From positions 1 to 30,322 of the IMG/VR virus record IMGVR_UViG_3300033153_003224: 30,322 bases of DNA; one strand, 5' to 3'. A program made the position numbers and the translations under genes. Below, piece by piece: positions 24,198 to 30,322 of the stretch. The notes under the pieces were generated by a model. That model did no database searches, was not told the origin of the DNA, and saw only the letters and a list, made by a program, of their open reading frames with translations. Positions within the stretch are counted from its first letter, which is position 1, and each line of letters opens with the position of its first letter. Source of the DNA: a virus (taxonomy: Duplodnaviria; Caudoviricetes).

Positions 24198-24766
24198 TTA
24201 CGTGTCAGAAGTGTGGATAATATACCGGTAATTCCTGTCGGTGTCGACGCGCCATTAGCAGCGTCGAGTTTATTCTTGTGCTCCTGTTTGAGCACACCGA
24301 AATAAGCCCATAGCAATGTAACCAGAGGACCAACGACAGCCATTACAAACGGCCATCCATCCATTACCGCAGCGATCAATTCCGCATCTTGCTTGATGAT
24401 ACCGTACGACCACATCGATATCGTTACAACTATCACGAACGCGATAACATGAAACGAATTTTTTGCAATGTAGGGTCGCGTCGTGTGTGGATTCTGTGCG
24501 TCCGAGTCAAGCATGGCACGCACTGTAGAATTAGATTCTTTGATCTGGGTCAACTCGACGTCAAGTTCCTTTGACATGATTGTCGCCTGTTGTTCAGGCG
24601 GCAAATTCGCGATCGCGTTGTTTACATCGTTACCGGTCGCAGTGTTGGGTAGTTTTTTATCGTCTGGTAAAAATCCGTTAACCATGTCGATGATCATGCC
24701 ACCACCTGGAACAGCGGTTTTGATAATTCCAGATCCAACCGTCTTAACAATGTCCCATAATTTCAT
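24194..24766 (-). CDS. Lysis-cassette membrane protein (GTA 3TM-holin-like)
   Basis: Start reassigned to MKLWD (ATGA overlap); 'TRPYIA' followed by two TMs and 'AYFG'. Confidence 0.6.
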   Translation of the reverse strand: MKLWDIVKTVGSGIIKTAVPGGGMIIDMVNGFLPDDKKLPNTATGNDVNNAIANLPPEQQATIMSKELDVELTQIKESNSTVRAMLDSDAQNPHTTRPYIAKNSFHVIAFVIVVTISMWSYGIIKQDAELIAAVMDGWPFVMAVVGPLVTLLWAYFGVLKQEHKNKLDAANGASTPTGITGILSTLLTRK

Positions 24767-25212
24767 AGCCCTAAATCCTCTAAGTGAATGTGTGGACAAT
24801 CCCAACCATAGGGAATGCCGTTGATTATCTTAGGCGTTCGTGACTTCCACAACCCACCCCACTCGATTTGATAACCGAGCATCGATGCAGCTTGAAAAAA
24901 TGCAGCGGCCACCATGGCTAAATGTTCATACTCCCAGCTCGCGTGCCCATCCACGAACGCATAGAAATCGAGCGCTTCGCCGTAACCTGTGGCCACATTG
25001 CGCTGGTGCAAACTTAATTTATCGTACCCGTCGGCCTTAGATTTACCAGCACTGAATAATTCAAATTGTCGATCAGCAGTTCGCAAACCAGCGTCGTCGC
25101 CATGACCGTAATCGACCAAGGTTAGCGTTATGGCTAGATCGTCAATCTCGATCAAACGAGGGTCAATACCTTCGCGGTTTCGTTTCGATCGGTTACTGAG
25201 TGCGAACGCCAT
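24763..25212 (-). CDS. Endolysin, peptidase M15 (L-Ala-D-Glu peptidase-like)
   Basis: 'GLRTADRQ', 'SLHQ...ALDF', 'WGGLW', 'DCPHIHL'. Confidence 0.9.
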   Translation of the reverse strand: MAFALSNRSKRNREGIDPRLIEIDDLAITLTLVDYGHGDDAGLRTADRQFELFSAGKSKADGYDKLSLHQRNVATGYGEALDFYAFVDGHASWEYEHLAMVAAAFFQAASMLGYQIEWGGLWKSRTPKIINGIPYGWDCPHIHLEDLGL

Positions 25213-25544
25213 TATAACGAATCTCGATATTCGTCGCGGATTGCTTTTAGATATTTCGGCAATGTGTTGTACGCGGTGCGAAGTTCTGCGATAGCGGCGT
25301 AATCAACAGTGGCCTTGGCAATGATTGCTTTTTTCAAGTTGCCCATTTTATCCGCTTCGGCTTCTTTTTCACCACCAGAAGCAATCCAAGCATCATGTTC
25401 GGCGGTCCATGCGTCTTGATCTTCTTGGGTTGGAATACCTCCAGGAAATTCTACAATAGTCATTGCATCATCTACCATTTTACAACACATCCCTGGTTGA
25501 TGGTTATGCTTCCATCCTATTACCACATCAATTGTCATACTCAT
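25212..25544 (-). CDS. Tail fibre-associated protein (possible chaperone)
   Basis: Coupled directly downstream of the tail fibre gene. Confidence 0.55.
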   Translation of the reverse strand: MSMTIDVVIGWKHNHQPGMCCKMVDDAMTIVEFPGGIPTQEDQDAWTAEHDAWIASGGEKEAEADKMGNLKKAIIAKATVDYAAIAELRTAYNTLPKYLKAIRDEYRDSL

Positions 25545-26905
25545 GCCTTATACTCCGTAATAGTTATAGAGGATGCCATAACGCCGCCATATTTTCCGCC
25601 ACCACTAACACCATTGAAAGTTACTGTACCAGCCGCATCGGTTCCGGCTCTAATCTTCATTGTTGTTGCTATTACTGTTCCCGCTACCATAACGTGTCTC
25701 ATAGAGACTTGTGTCGGTTCATCGGCAGCGTTATCCCTTGTACAAAAATCTGCTGCTAAAGCATTAGCAACAGAATCCTGAAACAATACCATGGCACCCC
25801 TGCGTTCGGATGACGACCATCCCATATTTACTATGGAGTCAATGACTAAGATATTATCGATATCTGTCGGTATAATATCCAACGTCATAAATTCATTGCC
25901 TTCTGTATTTTGCGGGATGGTATCGTCGTACGGAATGACGGTTGTGCCGGTTGCTACTGCACCGTCAATCAAAGTCACAACTTGAACAGTTTTACTACTC
26001 GTATCAATACTAATGAGCGTACTAATATTCGCACCACTATCCGTTTTTAGATATCCACGTCTGCGGAAAGCGGTATAACCTGCAGGAATATTGGCGGCTG
26101 TAATGCTGACATCGTAACCTACATCAATAGAACCGTCTGAATCTTTACGGATTACAAATATATGATAAAAAGTATCTGCCGCTACTGTTCCGCTAAATAA
26201 ACCGCCTGCGGCATCACCTACCGCCCAAGCTGCATCTATTTGTTTCGTGAGAGCACTTGATAAACTTAATGAAAATGCATTCGTGCTATCAGTAGCTTGA
26301 CCCGCTGCCATGGTAATATCATGATCAGCATCAGCCGCATTTGATAACTCAAGACCAGATTGAAAATCTGGTAAAACTGATACCGGCGCTATTACAATTT
26401 CAAAGTCACCGCTGCTCGTTCTATAACGTAATTTTACTCGTTCTCCAGCAGTTAACTCGCCGCCATCACTTGTACCAACGATATCTTTAACACCGAGACC
26501 AGCAAGGTTAACAGTTGATGCACCAGTATTTGTATTTCCGACAATAAAATCGGCGATCATTCCATCAAATAAACTAGCCGGTGCCTGTTGATTTGTTTGT
26601 ACATCCAATTCGTAAACATCAGCGGCGCCGCTATCGTCATAATTAGTAGCTCGACCCATTGCAAGCTCGATAAGAGCCTGTAAATATTGCGATGCGATTT
26701 GCGTATCAGCATTACCACTCGGAACAATCCCCGATATTTTCAATAATGCTTGCTGTATTCCGAAAACATCATTCGCGCGTGCTTCCTCATACGGCGTACC
26801 ATCACCGGCACCTGGCGCGGTTTCGTCTTTAGAACTACCGTAATCATAATTCGCGTCCGATGCAGTGATCCGACCGGGGTATTTCGTTTCTAGATTAAGT
26901 GCCAT
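25541..26905 (-). CDS. Tail fibre protein
   Basis: Baseplate-anchor N-terminus, 'NTGASTVNLAGLG' and G/A/T-rich beta segments; follows baseplate genes. Confidence 0.85.
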   Translation of the reverse strand: MALNLETKYPGRITASDANYDYGSSKDETAPGAGDGTPYEEARANDVFGIQQALLKISGIVPSGNADTQIASQYLQALIELAMGRATNYDDSGAADVYELDVQTNQQAPASLFDGMIADFIVGNTNTGASTVNLAGLGVKDIVGTSDGGELTAGERVKLRYRTSSGDFEIVIAPVSVLPDFQSGLELSNAADADHDITMAAGQATDSTNAFSLSLSSALTKQIDAAWAVGDAAGGLFSGTVAADTFYHIFVIRKDSDGSIDVGYDVSITAANIPAGYTAFRRRGYLKTDSGANISTLISIDTSSKTVQVVTLIDGAVATGTTVIPYDDTIPQNTEGNEFMTLDIIPTDIDNILVIDSIVNMGWSSSERRGAMVLFQDSVANALAADFCTRDNAADEPTQVSMRHVMVAGTVIATTMKIRAGTDAAGTVTFNGVSGGGKYGGVMASSITITEYKA

Positions 26906-26917
26906 TTCCGAGGCTCC

Positions 26918-27730
26918 TTATATGTAAGTTACAAGAATACCCAACCATTGCTGTGTAGGGCAAATTTTCAAGCATAAAGTTTCAAATTCATTACGACGCG
27001 ATGTATCCACATCGGCCTGATCCGGGAAGGTTTCGCCGCCAATATACAGGAAATATGGGTATTTGGTGACATCGGCCGGTAATACATAGATTTTAGGTGA
27101 ATAAACGGTTATGTCGGCGCCATCCATCGCAAGCGCGTCGCCATCCTGCATATCAAGCGACCCATCGCTCAGACTGAGTACGACAGATGGTATCAGTAGT
27201 TTATTAACCAGCGGATAACCTGGCGGTTCAGATTGTGCACCATCCATTGCAACAGCTAAATCGCCATCTTGCATGTCGGCGCCGCCATCGTTCGAAAGAA
27301 ATGAAAACCCCCCCGTTCCATCATTTAGGAAATCAAACGGATTCCGCGCCGTAGCCGGTCCCTGTGTCCCGACAGGGGGTTCGCTACCCGGTACCCACCA
27401 CTCATGCACGAATACATTGAACCCAGCCGCCTGCAATGTATCCTGAATATATCGCGGTGATTGACCGCCCAACGCCTTCCATGTGGCATCTAATCTATCG
27501 CGGCGATCCTGTTCGACTGTGAGCGTATCAGTCAATCCGAATTGTTGCTCCCAGGCATCTAATTCACGAGTAGTTTCGGGAAATATATCGAGCCAAACTT
27601 CGTCGATAAATGTCTTAACATCACTACCGGTACCGGAAAGCCCTTCGAATAGTTCGCGCAATCGTTTATCAATTACGATTCGCCACGCTCGCGCGTTCGG
27701 TAGTAAGTGCTGAAAGATGCGAAAAAACAT
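26918..27730 (-). CDS. Baseplate wedge protein (Mu gp48/YmfQ-like)
   Basis: 'LLPNARAW', 'PETTRELDAWEQQFGL', 'GGQSPRY'. Confidence 0.82.
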   Translation of the reverse strand: MFFRIFQHLLPNARAWRIVIDKRLRELFEGLSGTGSDVKTFIDEVWLDIFPETTRELDAWEQQFGLTDTLTVEQDRRDRLDATWKALGGQSPRYIQDTLQAAGFNVFVHEWWVPGSEPPVGTQGPATARNPFDFLNDGTGGFSFLSNDGGADMQDGDLAVAMDGAQSEPPGYPLVNKLLIPSVVLSLSDGSLDMQDGDALAMDGADITVYSPKIYVLPADVTKYPYFLYIGGETFPDQADVDTSRRNEFETLCLKICPTQQWLGILVTYI

Positions 27731-28935
27731 TAGATGAATGTTACCGGGGTGGCTAGTTTCGCTTTCTCCCCTTGCTGCAAAATATATATTTCCAAACTAC
27801 CGGCAACTGTAGTCGGCGTAAATGTAACCGTCGTAAATGTGCCATTTTCAGCCGATACGATATCTTCAACCAATCCGATCAATGCTGCACGAGTGATACG
27901 ATCCTGTCGCGGCGGTACGGTGAGACCGTCGATAAATGGTTCGGCATCAAGGAAAAATTCAGTAATAGCCGTTTCAATAGATGCCTGTACAGCGGCAAGA
28001 TTATCAACGGCTAAATCGCTGACCGTACTATCAAAACCGACACGGGTAATAGCAATTGTATTCGCCAACGCATTGGCAGGACGTCGACTTGCGAGCCCGT
28101 TTTCATCTAGTTCGATCGAATCTAATACAGCTTGCAATTGCGCTGACGTCGGTATGCCGTCAGGATCTCCCGAACTCGCAACCGTTGCCTCGACATATAC
28201 ATCAACCTGGCCGGGATCATCACTCGTGTACGGATAAACATTAACGATACCGGCGACCTCTTCACCCCATATCTCATAGTCGGATAGCGCACCGCCTTGT
28301 GGCCTCTTCTGGAAGCGATCTATTACACGCTGACGATAAACCTCGGTTGCTTCGGCATCGGCACCGGTTGTAACCTGGGAATCTACAACGGCATCGCGAG
28401 CGACATTCGCAAGCGGATTAGCAAACGAGACGATATCGGCCGGATTCAAATTACCAATAGCCCCTGCGCCGCCTCCGCCTGTTTGATCCGATACGGCTCG
28501 AATATTCGCTTGCACAGTTGCTGCATTCAATAACACGGCACCGATCGTAATATACGTTACCCCATTGTCGCTATTTACCAACTGACTACCTGACGGAAGC
28601 GAACCGACTTGATTCTCTACGGTAATATCAATCAATAATTCCGCATTCGTAGCGGCCACGGGATCGCCGACACCAATTAACCGCCCCCATTCAGTCAATG
28701 GATTGAGTACAACACCATTGACGGTAGTGTCGTTCGCGGACGCACTCTGCACGAATATTTGCAGGAACATAAATCCGCCGTATTTATAAAGCAATACGAA
28801 TACGGCAGCCAGAACCTTAGCGAGCACTCGTAAAAATGACTTCGGCAATAATGGGATTGTCTGATTAAACGACGCCTCCATTTGTGCGACGATATTTTCG
28901 CTAATTTCTTTTGTCGTTAGTGTCGTTAAGCTCAT
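27730..28935 (-). CDS. Baseplate J-like protein (Mu gp47)
   Basis: 'GADAE..E.YRQR...PQGGALSDYEIW...GQVDVYV'; start set at the ATGA overlap. Confidence 0.9.
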   Translation of the reverse strand: MSLTTLTTKEISENIVAQMEASFNQTIPLLPKSFLRVLAKVLAAVFVLLYKYGGFMFLQIFVQSASANDTTVNGVVLNPLTEWGRLIGVGDPVAATNAELLIDITVENQVGSLPSGSQLVNSDNGVTYITIGAVLLNAATVQANIRAVSDQTGGGGAGAIGNLNPADIVSFANPLANVARDAVVDSQVTTGADAEATEVYRQRVIDRFQKRPQGGALSDYEIWGEEVAGIVNVYPYTSDDPGQVDVYVEATVASSGDPDGIPTSAQLQAVLDSIELDENGLASRRPANALANTIAITRVGFDSTVSDLAVDNLAAVQASIETAITEFFLDAEPFIDGLTVPPRQDRITRAALIGLVEDIVSAENGTFTTVTFTPTTVAGSLEIYILQQGEKAKLATPVTFI

Positions 28936-29375
28936 GTTGAAACCTTCCAATTCTCTGCGAATTCAAAGCTAGACTCTTCGCCCTGTGCTTCGATATCAAC
29001 GGTTATAGTGACCCGATTCAACCCCGGAATGCTGGCAGAAACCACAACGGACGACGCGACTTTCTTCTCAATAAACCAGGCTAAATCACGTTTCGCGGCA
29101 TCTTCAATACGGCGTAAATTGGCGGTCGTGGCCGGTAATGATTTTAGCAAAAATTGGGTCTCGCTACGGTATGCAAATGCCGGATCTGTTTCGCTGAAAT
29201 TAGCCCACCAGTTAAGCCCATTTTCCGATAGACCGTCGTCATTCTCATTACCACCAAATAACGATACGTAAGCGGCAGTTTCCAGACCGCCGGACATTTC
29301 CAATAGACCGTTAGCGATGTTAATTTCGCCGCCGTCGTCTGTCTGGAATAATAAAACGTCGCCTGCTTGAGCCAT
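28932..29375 (-). CDS. Mu gp46-like baseplate protein
   Basis: 'LETAAYVSLF', 'WWAN', 'DLAWF'. Confidence 0.85.
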   Translation of the reverse strand: MAQAGDVLLFQTDDGGEINIANGLLEMSGGLETAAYVSLFGGNENDDGLSENGLNWWANFSETDPAFAYRSETQFLLKSLPATTANLRRIEDAAKRDLAWFIEKKVASSVVVSASIPGLNRVTITVDIEAQGEESSFEFAENWKVST

Positions 29376-29896
29376 TAGTTATTCGGTCCTGTATCTTGTT
29401 CAACGCTACCATCGCTATCATTTCCTTGCGAGTGGTCATGCTCTGCTATTTCCTTACCGTTAAGTACGAGACTTGCCGGAATAATCATATTACCCGATGA
29501 ATCAATAATAACGCCATTAATATTAACGCTACCATCTGCGAGCAATTCAATCGACCCGAGCGCGTTCGCTAAAATCGCCGAACCGTCATTTTTAAGCCAC
29601 CAACTGACCACCGTTAAACCGGTGTCTGCATCGCGCGCATAGATTCGTTTATCGCCTGGTTGCGCGACGCCTGCATTAAGTGGATCTAAATATCCGATCG
29701 CATTCTCACCACCTGATCGCTCGTTACTATTGATATGTACGTAATCGGTCGTTAATGGGTGTGAATCATCACCTGGCGCCGAATAATGTTCCACGGTGAC
29801 ATTATAGCCACCACCGGGATCGACTTTAACGTCGCTTACATTGGCGCCATTCCGGGTAGTCCGTATAAATGACAGTAAATTTGCTATTCGTCCCAT
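29375..29896 (-). CDS. Baseplate spike (Mu gp45/gpV-like)
   Basis: C-terminal HxH metal motif 'EHDH'; gene order. Confidence 0.82.
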   Translation of the reverse strand: MGRIANLLSFIRTTRNGANVSDVKVDPGGGYNVTVEHYSAPGDDSHPLTTDYVHINSNERSGGENAIGYLDPLNAGVAQPGDKRIYARDADTGLTVVSWWLKNDGSAILANALGSIELLADGSVNINGVIIDSSGNMIIPASLVLNGKEIAEHDHSQGNDSDGSVEQDTGPNN

Positions 29897-30322
29897 GGTA
29901 ACAACTCCGGTATTTGACCACTGAATGAGCCCGGTATCACGAGATCCAAAATCGCAGTTTCCGAATCTCGATCCCTGTTGAACTCAACCGATCGGACAAT
30001 AAATTCGTAATCGTTATAAATCATCGCATCCGGTGCTATCAAGGTAATGGTTGTATTCGGCTCCCATAAATTGCCGGCTGGGTCGCGCCAGGTATCCACA
30101 ACGATCGAGTACGCCGCAGTATTGGCAAACATGCGACCCGCTTTAGCTTCGACACCCGTTTTAACGTCTGCGGTTTTGGTGTCTTTCAATTTGAAGGTGA
30201 ACGGACGTATAACGCCCTCTAACCTCGGATTTTTAACCGTAAATTGTGAACCGGACAGCCCCACCGATGTGGGCTCCATGCCTGTAATGTGGCTGTAATA
30301 CCATTGTGGATTGAATTTCGCC
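29884..30322 (-). CDS. Baseplate hub (Mu gp44/gpP-like), 5' part outside the window
   Basis: 'WRDPAGNLWEPN'; frame stays open to the window edge. Confidence 0.82.
   Translation of the reverse strand, partial: AKFNPQWYYSHITGMEPTSVGLSGSQFTVKNPRLEGVIRPFTFKLKDTKTADVKTGVEAKAGRMFANTAAYSIVVDTWRDPAGNLWEPNTTITLIAPDAMIYNDYEFIVRSVEFNRDRDSETAILDLVIPGSFSGQIPELLPWDE

Overview
About 30 kb of a tailed dsDNA bacteriophage genome, probably a myovirus (Mu-like baseplate) of a Gram-negative host; no integrase is present in the window. Left to right: (1) a gpZ-like tail gene and a repeat-rich non-coding block (candidate origin or packaging region). (2) A rightward early cluster built from repeated promoter/operator-RBS-small gene-hairpin cassettes, followed by a C5-methyltransferase-like gene and a small KorA/TrfB-like HTH gene missing from the ORF track. 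(3) A long leftward accessory and replication arm: an Acb2-like anti-CBASS protein, duplicated paralogs that differ by a micro-inversion, J-domain, TusE/DsrC-like and TOPRIM proteins, a 125-nt tRNA-Leu-like RNA whose anticodon region is replaced, primase-helicase, tandem TetR-HTH, VRR-NUC, HNH and SF2 helicase genes. (4) Overlapping divergent promoters and a rightward replication arm: Pro/Ala-rich protein, DUF2800-like nuclease, SSB, family B DNA polymerase and a stand-alone NrdJb/TSCPD-like domain. (5) Leftward lysis, tail fibre and baseplate genes. The most notable items are the anticodon-less tRNA-like RNA with its own promoter, the operator-bearing cassette array with a candidate repressor next to acb2, and a domain shared in circularly permuted form between the polymerase and a neighbouring protein. 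All protein calls come from motif recognition by eye; no searches were run.
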